A stretch of DNA of 64,000 nucleotides from positions 224,001-288,000 of the forward strand of contig CAWFGE010000018.1 of NCBI GenBank assembly GCA_963815195.1, written 5' to 3'. The stretch is from an uncultured Planctomycetaceae bacterium. Its GTDB lineage: Bacteria > Planctomycetota > Planctomycetia > Planctomycetales > Planctomycetaceae. The position numbers were made by a program, and so were the translations under genes. The notes beneath the pieces were generated by a model that had not been told where the DNA came from, did no database searches, and saw only the letters and a list, made by a program, of their open reading frames with translations. Position 1 is the stretch's first letter. The number at the start of each line of letters is the position of its first letter. Below are positions 54,389 to 64,000 of this stretch, one piece after another.

Positions 54389-55930
54389 ATGCCACGCACA
54401 CCCTTTGCCGCGTTCGTGTCGATTTTCGCGATCGTTTTGTCCGCCTGTGGGGGCGCAGACACCGCCAGCGCCGCTCCTCCGAACATTGTGCTCATCCTCT
54501 GCGACGACATGGGCTTTTCCGACGTCGGCTGCTACGGCGGCGAGATCCATACCCCCAACATCGACCGCCTCGCCGCGGAGGGGCTCCGGTTTCGGCAGTT
54601 CTATAACAACGCCAAGTGCACCACCACGCGGGCTTCCTTGATCACCGGACTTTTTCCGCGCCAGACCGGGCCGCTGTTGAAGCCCGGCATGGTCACGATC
54701 GCCGAGGTCCTCAAACAAGCCGGCTACCGCACGGCTCTCAGCGGGAAATGGCACCTGGGCAGCAGCAAACCCCGCCGGCCCATCGACCGCGGGTTCGATG
54801 AGTATTACGGCCTTCTGGACGGCTGCTGCAATTATTTCAATCCTGCGATGCCCGATCCGAAATTCAAAGGCGGCCGGGTGCGGGTCTTCGCCAAGAACGA
54901 CCAGCGGATCACCGAGTTCCCCGACAATTTCTACACCACCGACGCCTTCACCGATTTCGCCCTCGACTTCGTGGACCGCGCGGCCAAGGACGAAAACCAT
55001 CCGCCGTTCTTTTTGCACGTCTGCTACACGGCTCCGCATTATCCGCTGCACGCGAAACCCGAGGACATCAAAAAGTACCAGGGCAAATACCTGGAAGGCT
55101 GGGAGAAGATCCGCCGGGAACGGCATCGGCGGCAAATCGAGATGGGTCTTATCGATCCCGAATGGAAACTCCCCAAACCCGGCCGCGAAGTCGAGGACTG
55201 GGAAGACGCCGCCAACAAGGATTGGCAAGACCTGCGGATGGCGGTGTATGCCGCGATGATCGACTGCATGGACCAGAACATCGGCCGGCTGATGGCGAAG
55301 CTCAAGGAAACCGGCCAGGACGAGAACACGATCGTGATGTTTCTCTCGGACAACGGCGGCTGCGCCGAGACGCCGGGCGGCAACGACCCCAAACAAGTCC
55401 CCGGCCCCAAGGAGTTCTATTCCCACGTCGGCCCCGGCTGGGCCTATGCCCAGAACACGCCGTTCCGCCGGTACAAGCAATGGGTCCACGAAGGCGGCAT
55501 CTCGACGCCCTTCATCGTCCGCTGGCCCGGCCATGTCAAACCGGACACGATGACGAACCAGGTCGGCCACATCATCGACGTCCTGCCCACCTGTGCCGAC
55601 CTCGCCGGCACGACGTATCCCAAAACCCATCACGGCGAAGAGATCCTGCCGGTGGAAGGCTTGAGCCTCTTACCCATCTTCCAGGACAAAACGCGCGAAC
55701 CGCACAAAACCCTGTATTGGGAATGGGCCGGCAACCGCGCGATCCGGGAGCGGCAATGGAAGCTCTGCTGGGACAAAGGCGTGAAGAAGTGGGAGCTTTA
55801 CAACATCGAAACCGACCGCACCGAAACCAACGACCTCGCCAAGTACAACCGCAACCGCGTCCAAGAATTGAGCGAAGCCTGGTACGCCTGGGCCGAAAAA
55901 ATGGGCGTGAAGAATCTCAAGAGGGAGTAA
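54389..55930 (+). CDS. Arylsulfatase (Cys-type formylglycine sulfatase)
   Basis: PNIVLILCDDMG, CTTTRASLITG, SGKWHLG, APHYPL, SDNG and HEGGI, plus signal peptide. Confidence 0.93.
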   Translation: MPRTPFAAFVSIFAIVLSACGGADTASAAPPNIVLILCDDMGFSDVGCYGGEIHTPNIDRLAAEGLRFRQFYNNAKCTTTRASLITGLFPRQTGPLLKPGMVTIAEVLKQAGYRTALSGKWHLGSSKPRRPIDRGFDEYYGLLDGCCNYFNPAMPDPKFKGGRVRVFAKNDQRITEFPDNFYTTDAFTDFALDFVDRAAKDENHPPFFLHVCYTAPHYPLHAKPEDIKKYQGKYLEGWEKIRRERHRRQIEMGLIDPEWKLPKPGREVEDWEDAANKDWQDLRMAVYAAMIDCMDQNIGRLMAKLKETGQDENTIVMFLSDNGGCAETPGGNDPKQVPGPKEFYSHVGPGWAYAQNTPFRRYKQWVHEGGISTPFIVRWPGHVKPDTMTNQVGHIIDVLPTCADLAGTTYPKTHHGEEILPVEGLSLLPIFQDKTREPHKTLYWEWAGNRAIRERQWKLCWDKGVKKWELYNIETDRTETNDLAKYNRNRVQELSEAWYAWAEKMGVKNLKRE

Positions 55931-55976
55931 AGGCGAGTATCACATAAACCGGGGCTGCGCCAGCGGCTGATTTGCC

Positions 55977-56897
55977 TCAAGGCGATTCCGCGTCCAAATG
56001 GTCCACCAAAAAGTCGTAGGCTTTTTCCAAGGTCGGCGGGTGGATCGCGGTGAGGAGGTGGCCCATGCCGTCTAAGGCGATGAACTCTGTTTCCACGCCT
56101 AAGGACTTGAGGGCCGCGGACATCGCCTTGGCTTGCTCGTATTTCACGAGCAAATCGCTCGTGCCGTTGTAGAAGAACATCGGCGGCGCGGATTTGCTGA
56201 CAAAGGCGATCGGCGAGGCGGTTTTGTATTGCTTGGGGACTTGTTTCGGCGTGCCGCCCAGCCAAAAGGCGAGACCCCAGTTGTTGGGGGCGACATCGCG
56301 GAAGTCGCAGGGAGCCCCGCCCGCGCACACGACGGCGAGGCGGGTGTCGGTTTCGGGCCGGGCGGGATCGCCGGGCTTGCCGGTCACGCCCAACAGCGCC
56401 ACGAGATGCCCGCCCGCCGAGTAGCCGATCGCCCCGATGCGGTCGGGATCGACTTTATAATCTTCCGCGTTCTGGCGGATCCATTTGAGCGCCGCCCGGC
56501 AGTCGTCCAGCTGCGCGGGGAATTTGTATTTGGGCGAGAGCCGATAATTGATGGCGAACGTCACGATGCCCCGGGCCGCGAGGTCGCGGGCGTATTTCAT
56601 GAGTTGCCGCTTGCTGCCGCTCCGCCAGGCCCCGCCGTGCACGACCATCACCGCGGGCAAAGGTCCCGCGAGCTTAGGGACATAAGCATCGAGCAGCAGT
56701 TCCACCCCGCCGGGCGATGCGTATTCAATGTCTTCTTTGATGGAAAACCGATCCGCCGCCCGCAGCGCGAAAAATGCCTCGGCCGAAACGGATCTCGCCG
56801 CCGGCTTCTCCGCAACCGCCGGACCGTCGTCCGCCCCGGCCGATCCCATCCCAATCAGCAAAGCTCCCGCGACCAAAATGCTCTTCCCCATCGGCAT
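55977..56897 (-). CDS. Secreted alpha/beta hydrolase (HSL-like esterase)
   Basis: HGGAW oxyanion motif, GYSAG nucleophile, and catalytic D (SDLLV) and H (GMGH). Confidence 0.9.
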   Translation of the reverse strand: MPMGKSILVAGALLIGMGSAGADDGPAVAEKPAARSVSAEAFFALRAADRFSIKEDIEYASPGGVELLLDAYVPKLAGPLPAVMVVHGGAWRSGSKRQLMKYARDLAARGIVTFAINYRLSPKYKFPAQLDDCRAALKWIRQNAEDYKVDPDRIGAIGYSAGGHLVALLGVTGKPGDPARPETDTRLAVVCAGGAPCDFRDVAPNNWGLAFWLGGTPKQVPKQYKTASPIAFVSKSAPPMFFYNGTSDLLVKYEQAKAMSAALKSLGVETEFIALDGMGHLLTAIHPPTLEKAYDFLVDHLDAESP

Positions 56898-57117
56898 CGA
56901 TTTCTCCTTTCAGGCTCAAACAATCTCGGTTGCCCTTCAATTCATTGTATTCGGCGAAATTCTCCCGACCAGCCACAATTTCTTCGCGGCGAGGCGGAAC
57001 GCGCCCTTCAGAGAGGCGGAGAGATTTCCCGAGCCTGCAAAATCGGCAAGGCGAATTGGGTGGCACGGGTGGCACGCCCTTCGCTGCGCTCAGGGGCGTG
57101 CTACCCAGGAACGGGCT

Positions 57118-57927
57118 TCACGAAATCGCCGATCCGCCGCCGGCTCCGGGGGTTGGCAGAATGCCGGGCGGCGGGCTGAGCGTGGAGAGCTCGCGGCGGA
57201 GCCGGCCGGGAAAATCCGTGGTGACGGCCTCGACTCCCATCATCGCCAGCCGGTGCGCTTCGTGCACATCGTTGATCGTCCAGGTGCACAACCGAAAATT
57301 CTCCGCGAGCAACCGCGAAACCGTCTCGGCTTCGAGCAATTGTGTGATGCCCAGGTCGAACCCGTCGAGACCCGCTTCCCGCGCGGCGAGGATCCGCTCG
57401 GCCAACGTGACGCTCGCCTCTTGCGGCTTTTTGGGAGATTTCGAGAGACGCAGGATCTGAAGAACCACGACTCCTGGCAGCCGGCGTTTGAGCTCCGCGA
57501 GCACGTCAAACCCGTAGCCGATCACCACCACCCGCTCCAACGCCAACGGCTTTTCCAGCAGGCGGATTAAGGGGGGGATGATCTCCGGGCCGCATTTGAT
57601 TTCGACGTAAAGCCGTTTGCCCGTGGGGACCGTGGCGAGCACTTCCTCCAATGTGGGGACGCGTTCCTCGGCCCATTCCTCGCCTTTCCAAAGCCCGGCG
57701 TCGAGAAGCCGGAGTTCTTCCAGCGTCAACAGCGAGACCGCGTGTTCCTTGCGCGTGATCCGCAATGTGGACTCGTCGTGAAACGCCACGATCTCGCCGT
57801 CGCGGGTCAGGCGGACATCGATTTCCACCGCGTCGGCTTGCTGCCTCCATGCCAGGTGGATGGCCGCCATGGTGTTTTCGGGGGCCTCGCCGGAAGCCCC
57901 CCGGTGTCCCACGATTTCGATGCCCAT
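57118..57927 (-). CDS. Glycerophosphodiester phosphodiesterase
   Basis: GHRGASGEAPENT, EIDV, FHD, EIK, WTIND and TTDFP. Confidence 0.93.
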   Translation of the reverse strand: MGIEIVGHRGASGEAPENTMAAIHLAWRQQADAVEIDVRLTRDGEIVAFHDESTLRITRKEHAVSLLTLEELRLLDAGLWKGEEWAEERVPTLEEVLATVPTGKRLYVEIKCGPEIIPPLIRLLEKPLALERVVVIGYGFDVLAELKRRLPGVVVLQILRLSKSPKKPQEASVTLAERILAAREAGLDGFDLGITQLLEAETVSRLLAENFRLCTWTINDVHEAHRLAMMGVEAVTTDFPGRLRRELSTLSPPPGILPTPGAGGGSAIS

Positions 57928-58116
57928 AAGCGGGTCGCCTTGAAAGGAGAGAAATCAAATCGAGGAATTGTATCCCGCCGGCCCCGTTTGCGGATAGAGG
58001 GATTTTCCACTCCTGGGCTCTTCGACTGCCGAGAAGGGACGTGTTATGATGGGCCGTCGGTTCGGGGAACCGAAAACCGCAGACTGAAGACTGAAAACTC
58101 CTACGGAGAGACTGCC

Positions 58117-59514
58117 ATGCGATTGTGTCTCGCTCTTGTGGTGCTGCTCTTTTGGCAGGCATGGGGAGTCGCCCAAGAAAACGATTCGCCCGCCAAACCC
58201 CAGTCCGCCAAGACGCCCGCCGAGGAAGTGCAGGAACTCATCACCCAGATGGACGACAAAAACCCCGTGGCCCGCTACCAGGCCGCGCGGTCGATCGTGT
58301 TGATGGGCCCCGCCGCGGAGAAGGCGGTGCCCAAGCTCATCGAGAGACTTTCGAGCGACAAGGACGAACCCGCCCGCGCCGCCTACGCGGAGGCGTTGGG
58401 CATCATCGGCCCGGTCTCGAAAGACGTGATCCCGGCCCTCATCAAGGCGGTCGACGATGAAGGCGGGTATGTCCGCTACTCCGCCGCCACCGCGATTGCC
58501 CGGCTCGGCGACAAAGCCAAGCCCGCCGTGCCCGCGCTCGTCAAGAAGTTCGAGGCCAGCCAAGGCAACGACCGCGAGGTTCTGGCTTCCACCTTCGGCA
58601 AGATCGGCCCGGCCGCGTCCGCCGCGCTTCCCGCCTTGGAAAAAGCGTTGGACGACAAAGATCCGTTCCAGCGAATCGCCGCGGCAACGGCAATGATGCG
58701 GATCGATCCCAAAACCACGAAGCCCGTCCCGGTCTTGGAAAAAGTGCTCAAGGACAAAAACGACAAAGCCCGCGCCGATGCCGCCGATGCGATCGCCGAT
58801 CTCGGCCCCATCGGTAAAGCCGCGGTGCCCGCGCTCACGGAATCTCTGAAGGATGAAAAGAGCCTCGTCCGCCGGAATGCGATGCGGGCGCTCGGCGAAA
58901 TCGGGCCGCCGGCGGTCCCGGCCGTGCCGCAAATCTTGACGACGCTCGCCGAGGACAAAGAAAGCCTGGTGCGGGAGTTCGCGGCGTCGGCTTTGCCGCG
59001 AATCGCGCCCGCGAATGCCGACGTGCCGCCGGTTCTCGCGAAAGCCCTCGAAGATGAAGTGACCGAGGTCCGCATCGCCGCCGCCAAAGCGATGGCGTTT
59101 TATGCCGGCCAGTCGGAAGAGGAAATCCCGCAGCTCATCGCGGCTCTGAACGACCCCGAACTCGAAGTGACGTCCGCCGTCGCCGTGGCCTTGGCGGAAA
59201 TCGGCGGCCCGGCGCTCGAACCGCTGTTGGAAGCGGCCGATTCCAAAACCCGCCAGGTTCGCCAGAACGCGATGACCGCCTTGGGCATGTTGGGACGCGG
59301 GCAGGAGACGGCTCCGAAAGAGATCGTGCCCAAGCTGATCGCCGGTCTCAAAGATTCCGACTGGCAGGTTCGCCGGGCCTCGGCCCGCGCGTTGAGCACA
59401 ATGGGCAAAAAAGCCAAGGACGCCGTGCCCGCCCTGACCGCCGCCATGCGGGAGCCGAACAAATTCGTCCGCCGAGCCGCCGCCGCCGCGATATTAGAAG
59501 TCGACATCGAATAA
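58117..59514 (+). CDS. Secreted HEAT (PBS-lyase-like) repeat protein
   Basis: Signal peptide, then repeated A.ALG.IGP.A..AVPAL...L.D units. Confidence 0.9.
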   Translation: MRLCLALVVLLFWQAWGVAQENDSPAKPQSAKTPAEEVQELITQMDDKNPVARYQAARSIVLMGPAAEKAVPKLIERLSSDKDEPARAAYAEALGIIGPVSKDVIPALIKAVDDEGGYVRYSAATAIARLGDKAKPAVPALVKKFEASQGNDREVLASTFGKIGPAASAALPALEKALDDKDPFQRIAAATAMMRIDPKTTKPVPVLEKVLKDKNDKARADAADAIADLGPIGKAAVPALTESLKDEKSLVRRNAMRALGEIGPPAVPAVPQILTTLAEDKESLVREFAASALPRIAPANADVPPVLAKALEDEVTEVRIAAAKAMAFYAGQSEEEIPQLIAALNDPELEVTSAVAVALAEIGGPALEPLLEAADSKTRQVRQNAMTALGMLGRGQETAPKEIVPKLIAGLKDSDWQVRRASARALSTMGKKAKDAVPALTAAMREPNKFVRRAAAAAILEVDIE

Positions 59515-59535
59515 TCGCCTTCTCGTTTTAGCTTA

Positions 59536-59704
59536 CTCAAACTGTATGTCGAAAGTGCAGACGGTGGCTGGGGCGCAAAGGAACGTTCCAAGGGAAAAGG
59601 AGATTTGAGGCCTGGGGCGGTGTGAGATTTTTCTCGCCTGGCCACAGCCCCAGCATTTGCGGTTCAAGCCTTATTCCAAGGGGGATTTGCGCCCCCAGCC
59701 ACCC
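59536..59704. repeat. Diverged copy of the ~143-bp REPIN/MITE-like element
   Basis: CTCAAACTGTA flank, GGTGGCTGGGGCGCAAA...TTTGCGCCCCCAGCCACCC ends, and internal CTGGGGC...GCCCCAG stem. Confidence 0.7.
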
Positions 59705-59829
59705 AAACGCCTATAGTCCGAGATGTTACGAGTTTCAAGTTTCGTTCCTCCTGATGATCCGTAAGAACCCTTGAAACTTGTCCGGCTCGTCAAAACTTAA
59801 AACTTTCAACTTGAAACTTGAAAAGTAAC

Positions 59830-61284
59830 ATGCCCGTCAACTTCGCCGACCGTCTGCACGCTGCCGTTCGGAGCAAACACACCGCCGCGTTGGTGGGGCT
59901 GGATCCGCGTTTCGAGCGATTGCCCGCTCCGGTGATTCGCGCCGCGGAAAAACGCGGAGCCACGGATCAAAACGCTTTCAAAGCCGCGGCGTTCGAGGAG
60001 TTTTGCTTTCGCATCATCGATGTGGTGGCCCCGCTGGTGCCGGCGGTCAAACCGCAGGCGGCGTTCTTTGAGGAGTTGGGACCGGCGGGGATGAGCGTGC
60101 TCCAGCGGGTCATTCGCCGGGCCCGCGGCGCCGGGCTGATTGTGATCTGCGACGCCAAGCGCGGGGACATCGGGTCCACGGCGGAAGCCTATGCCCGCGC
60201 CTATCTGGCCGGCGAGGATCCGAACGCCGCGGTGTGGGCCGCCGATGCGCTGACGGTCAATCCCTATCTCGGCCGGGACACGCTGGAACCGTTCGTCCAA
60301 GTCGCCCGGGAACGCGGGGCGGGGATTTACGTCCTCGTTCGCACGAGCAACCCCGAAGCGGGCACGTTTCAAGACCGGAAGACCGAAGGCGTGCCGGTGT
60401 ATCGGGCCGTCGCCGAGGTGGTGGAACGTTTCGCCGCCGAGACCGCGACCGGCAGCGAGTTCGGCCCCATCGGTGCGGTCGTGGGGGCGACCTACCCGGC
60501 GGAGCTTGCGGAACTCCGCGCCGCGATGCCGCACGCTCCGTTATTGGTCCCTGGCTACGGCAGCCAGGGCGCGGGAGCCGCCGACGTGGCCGCCGCCTTC
60601 ACCAAAGCCGGCTTGGGAGCAGTGGTCAACAACTCGCGAGGCATCAACTTCGCCCACGAGCGCGCGCCCTATGCCGAGGAGTTCGGCCCCGAGCGCTGGG
60701 AACAGGCCGTGGAAGCCGCGACTCGCCAAATGATTTCCGACCTCGAGAAAGCTCTTGGCGAGCGTGGGCGCCAGTCCCGTGATGACTTGCGCCGATCGAG
60801 ACGTTTCCAATTCCATGAAATCTTACGCGGGCACCGACCGAAGGTTGGTCCGCTCGCCAGTTTATTCTTTCGCGATGCAATACAGCGTCTTGCTCGTGCG
60901 GATGAAGATCTCGCGGTCGGAAAATCGCCGAGGTCAGGGAAGGCCGTCTTCCACGATTGTTTCGCCGGCGACCTTCGCCACCTGGCGGTCTTCTTCCGTG
61001 AGCCGCGTCGTTTTCCAGCCGCCGTGGGCGAACCACGCCGCCGCGACGATGGGCACGAGAAGATTCGTCACCGGAAACGACCACCACAAGCCTTCGGAAC
61101 CGAGCGGTGTGTGCTTCGAGAGAATGTAAGCCAGCGGAAATTGCACGACCCACTGCGCAACGAGCGCGATCACCATCGAGATCAGCATGTTCCCCGACGC
61201 CCGAAACGTGGACACCATGCAAAGCTGCACGCCGATGCCGCCCCACGCGAGACACATGATGCGGATGAACCGCGCTCCTTGTGA
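59830..61284 (+). CDS. pyrF: Orotidine-5'-phosphate decarboxylase; the recognisable domain ends near 60760 and the 3' extension is doubtful
   Basis: [51 protein letters not shown] and NNSRGI. Confidence 0.88.
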   Translation: MPVNFADRLHAAVRSKHTAALVGLDPRFERLPAPVIRAAEKRGATDQNAFKAAAFEEFCFRIIDVVAPLVPAVKPQAAFFEELGPAGMSVLQRVIRRARGAGLIVICDAKRGDIGSTAEAYARAYLAGEDPNAAVWAADALTVNPYLGRDTLEPFVQVARERGAGIYVLVRTSNPEAGTFQDRKTEGVPVYRAVAEVVERFAAETATGSEFGPIGAVVGATYPAELAELRAAMPHAPLLVPGYGSQGAGAADVAAAFTKAGLGAVVNNSRGINFAHERAPYAEEFGPERWEQAVEAATRQMISDLEKALGERGRQSRDDLRRSRRFQFHEILRGHRPKVGPLASLFFRDAIQRLARADEDLAVGKSPRSGKAVFHDCFAGDLRHLAVFFREPRRFPAAVGEPRRRDDGHEKIRHRKRPPQAFGTERCVLRENVSQRKLHDPLRNERDHHRDQHVPRRPKRGHHAKLHADAAPRETHDADEPRSL

Positions 61285-62355
61285 AATCACCTCGGGATCG
61301 CCCGGCACGAAAAACGCGACCAAATGATCCGCGGACACGTAGGCCAAAAGACCGACGCCGGTCAGAATCGCAAATCCCCAACCCGCCCCCAACACCGCCA
61401 CCCGTGCGGCCCGGTCGAGATTGCCCGCACCGATATTCTGGCCGACGAGCGTGGAGACGGCCATCGACAGCCCCATCGCCGGGATGGTGACGAACTGCAG
61501 AATGTTCGCCCCCACGCCGTACGAGGCGATGGTCAAGGTTCCGAAGCTCGCCACCAGAAACGACATCACGATCAAGCCCAGCCCGCGCGTGGACAGCTCG
61601 ACCGAACCCGGCAATCCCAGAAAAAACGCCCGGCGGATATAAGGAAAGTCGGGCCGAAAGTCGCGCCACTTGAGTTGAATCCCGTGCCGGCCCCGCAGAA
61701 AAATCATGAGCCCGATAAAGGCCGCGATCGCCTGGGTGGCCAATGTCGCGAGCGCCGCGCCGCGGACGCCTTGGGCCGGGATCGGCCCCCAGCCGAAGAT
61801 AAACAGCGGGTCGAGAAAGATATTGAGGAGCACGGTGCCGGAGACGATCAGGAGGGGCACCGCGGTCCGTCCGATGCCTCGCATCAGAGCTTGAAACATC
61901 GCGTACAGAAACACGAAGATGATCCCCACGAACGAGACGCGCATAAAGCTCAGCGCGCCTCGATACACCACCGGCGCGACGCCGAGCCACGTGAGCAGAT
62001 GCGGCGAGAGCAGAAAGCCAGCCGCTCCCAGCACAACCGACGTGAGGGCGACCATCATCATGGTCTGGGCCGCGATGTGATTGACCATCTCCTGCCGGCC
62101 GGCCCCCATGTATTGGGCGGAGAGCGTCGCCCCCGCAATCGCGAGGCCGGACCCGATCGCGATCACCAAAAACGTGACCGGAAAACTGATGGACACGGCG
62201 GCGACCGCCGCGGCCCCCAACCGGCCGACCCAGAAGGCGTCGGTCAATTGATAGCCCGTTTGCAGGACGTTGCCCAAGATGATCGGCACGGCCAGCCGAA
62301 ACAGCGCCCGGCCGATGGGGCCTTCGAGAAAGAGTTCTTGACGATCGTAAGCCAT
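60934..62355 (-). CDS. MATE family efflux transporter
   Basis: LAVPIILGN...[24 protein letters not shown]...GVRGAALAT, and a two-repeat layout. Confidence 0.93.
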   Translation of the reverse strand: MAYDRQELFLEGPIGRALFRLAVPIILGNVLQTGYQLTDAFWVGRLGAAAVAAVSISFPVTFLVIAIGSGLAIAGATLSAQYMGAGRQEMVNHIAAQTMMMVALTSVVLGAAGFLLSPHLLTWLGVAPVVYRGALSFMRVSFVGIIFVFLYAMFQALMRGIGRTAVPLLIVSGTVLLNIFLDPLFIFGWGPIPAQGVRGAALATLATQAIAAFIGLMIFLRGRHGIQLKWRDFRPDFPYIRRAFFLGLPGSVELSTRGLGLIVMSFLVASFGTLTIASYGVGANILQFVTIPAMGLSMAVSTLVGQNIGAGNLDRAARVAVLGAGWGFAILTGVGLLAYVSADHLVAFFVPGDPEVISQGARFIRIMCLAWGGIGVQLCMVSTFRASGNMLISMVIALVAQWVVQFPLAYILSKHTPLGSEGLWWSFPVTNLLVPIVAAAWFAHGGWKTTRLTEEDRQVAKVAGETIVEDGLP

Positions 62356-62379
62356 GCCCTCGCCGAGTCAGAAGAACGG

Positions 62380-62566
62380 AACCACGAAACACACGAAAAA
62401 AGACAACACCGAACCCGCCATCTTTTCTTCCAACGGCATTGAGCTTTGGGGAACCACGAATGACACGAATCACACGAATTTCTGAGTTCATCCTTCAGTT
62501 CCGATAGCAATCCAATTGTCTCTTTTTCGGGTGTTTCGTGGTCCCTTCTTGTCTTTTTTCGTGGTG
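62380..62566. repeat. Cargo-less copy of the ACCACGAA-repeat element
   Basis: 62380-62402 is identical to 10407-10429 (23 nt) and 62531-62548 is identical to 11463-11480 (18 nt). Internal ACCACGAATGACACGAATCACACGAA. Confidence 0.75.
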
Positions 62567-62570
62567 GATC

Positions 62571-64000
62571 TCAGTAGCCGGCGGGTTCGCCGTGTTTGCG
62601 CGGGTCGCTGGCGGCGCGGAGTCCTTCCTTCGTTCTGTGAATCGCCTGGACCACGGCCAGGCCGTTCCGCTTCTCCACTTTGTGGCCGCGCTGCTCCATT
62701 GCACTTTGCATCGCCTTATACAATGGGTTCTCGATGGAGAGCACGTTGGGCAGCCATTGGTGGTGGATCCGCGGTTCGGCGATCGCCTGGCGGGGGAGCA
62801 TCTCGAACCGCATCAGGTTCAACAGCACCTGCAGCGTCGAACTGATGATCCGCGGGCCCCCGGAGCCTCCCAACGCGATCACCGCCTGGCCGTCGTCCAG
62901 CACGATCGTGGGCGTCATGCTCGAGAGCGGCTTCTTTCCCGGCCGGACCGTGTTGGCTTCGCTTTGGATGAGACCAAACGCGTTCGGCTCCCCGGGGATC
63001 GCGGCGAAGTCGTCCATTTCATTGTTCAAGACGATCCCGAACTTCGGCTCCACAAACAGGCTGCCGAAAAGCGTGTTGACCGTCTCCGTGCAGGCCACGG
63101 CATTTCCCGCGGCATCCATTACGGAATAGTGGCTCGTCCCGGCGTCTTTCATCGGCATGGTGCGGCCGTACGTTTTGAGCGGTTTCGTTTGCCGAAGGTC
63201 GATTCGCTTGGCGATTTGTTTCGCATAGTTTGGGCTGATTAATGTTTGAATGGGCGCCTGCACAAAATCGGTGTCGCCCAGGTACTCCGCCCGGTCGGCG
63301 TAGGCGTGCTTCATGGCTTCGGTGAGGAGTTGCAGAAACTCGCCTTCGTTGTGCTTCATCGCTTTCGCCTCGGCGGGATGCTCCGCGGTCCACGCCGTAA
63401 GAATGTTTAAGATCTCCAACAGGGCCGTGCCTCCGCTCGACGGCGGCGGCATGGTGAGGATCGTCCGCCCGAGATATTCCCCGCGAAGCACCGGCCGCTC
63501 CTTGGCGGCGATGCCTTCGAGATCCTGTTTCGTCACAATGCCCCCGGCGTTCTGCAACGACCCGGCGATCGCCTCCGCGACTTCGCCTTCATAGAAACCG
63601 GCCCGGCCCTGCTTGGCGATTCGCTCGAGCACCGGACCTAAGGGCGAATAGAACCGCGCGTTCTCCGGCCAGGGCACGCCTCCGTTGAGATAGTTTTTAT
63701 AGAGCGCGGCATAGGTCTCCCGCATTTGCGGCTTCTTCTCGAACGGCTTGAGCATCGTCCGCTGCGTTGAGCGCATGTGCTCATCGACGGGAATGCCTTC
63801 TTTGCAGTAGCGAATCGCCGGGGCGAGGACGGTGGGCAAATCGAGCGTGCCGTATTTTTCCAAGGCGTGACACAACCCCGCCACCTCGCCCGGCACCGCG
63901 ACGGCGAGGGCTCCGTCCCGGCTGGGATAGCGGTCCGCCGGGTTCTTCTTGCGGGCATTGACGTACATCTCCCGCGACGCGGCCGCCGGGGCTGTTTCCC
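62571..64000 (-). CDS. ggt: Gamma-glutamyltransferase (5' part outside window)
   Basis: AVPGEVAG, MPPPSSGG, autocatalytic Thr in GTSHYS, LNNEMDDF, PLSSMTP, GGSGGPRI and DPRK. Confidence 0.94.
   Translation of the reverse strand, partial: ETAPAAASREMYVNARKKNPADRYPSRDGALAVAVPGEVAGLCHALEKYGTLDLPTVLAPAIRYCKEGIPVDEHMRSTQRTMLKPFEKKPQMRETYAALYKNYLNGGVPWPENARFYSPLGPVLERIAKQGRAGFYEGEVAEAIAGSLQNAGGIVTKQDLEGIAAKERPVLRGEYLGRTILTMPPPSSGGTALLEILNILTAWTAEHPAEAKAMKHNEGEFLQLLTEAMKHAYADRAEYLGDTDFVQAPIQTLISPNYAKQIAKRIDLRQTKPLKTYGRTMPMKDAGTSHYSVMDAAGNAVACTETVNTLFGSLFVEPKFGIVLNNEMDDFAAIPGEPNAFGLIQSEANTVRPGKKPLSSMTPTIVLDDGQAVIALGGSGGPRIISSTLQVLLNLMRFEMLPRQAIAEPRIHHQWLPNVLSIENPLYKAMQSAMEQRGHKVEKRNGLAVVQAIHRTKEGLRAASDPRKHGEPAGY

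Noticed and set aside
57058..57107. GGGTGGCACG repeat/hairpin as an ncRNA
   Set aside because: Short, with only a weak relative at ~25951 and no promoter or covariation support. Probably another REP-like remnant.

Overview
GC-rich bacterial chromosomal window, most likely Planctomycetota. This is inferred from two DUF1501 proteins, a HEAT/cytochrome c protein, a BlaI-M56-WD40 pair, a Ser/Thr kinase, an FHA protein and a Cys-type sulfatase. It is mostly housekeeping and accessory metabolism: fumC, cnoX/ybbN, DAHP synthase, mqnD, ligA, rsgA, apt, pyrF, ggt, two RND permeases, MATE and ABC-F. About a dozen single-base frameshifts, several in homopolymers, point to uncorrected long-read errors rather than pseudogenes. 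I found no rRNA, tRNA, CRISPR array or transposase. The main unannotated signals are: (1) two tandem paralogous ~95-nt structured RNAs at 12.45-12.85 kb on the minus strand, each with its own sigma54 -24/-12 promoter, candidate enhancer repeats, a covarying hairpin, invariant mutually complementary loops and an intrinsic terminator; (2) a 43-aa leader peptide (WRFYFWF) with terminator and antiterminator ahead of DAHP synthase; (3) a GxxExxY nuclease plus AT-rich cargo ORF bounded by repeat ends that recur exactly as an empty 169-bp element at 62.4 kb; (4) a ~143-bp REPIN/MITE-like family; (5) an EF-hand-like loop inserted in an RND permease; (6) an ECF sigma factor paired with a ~2000-aa FecR-VIT-vWA-TPR protein.
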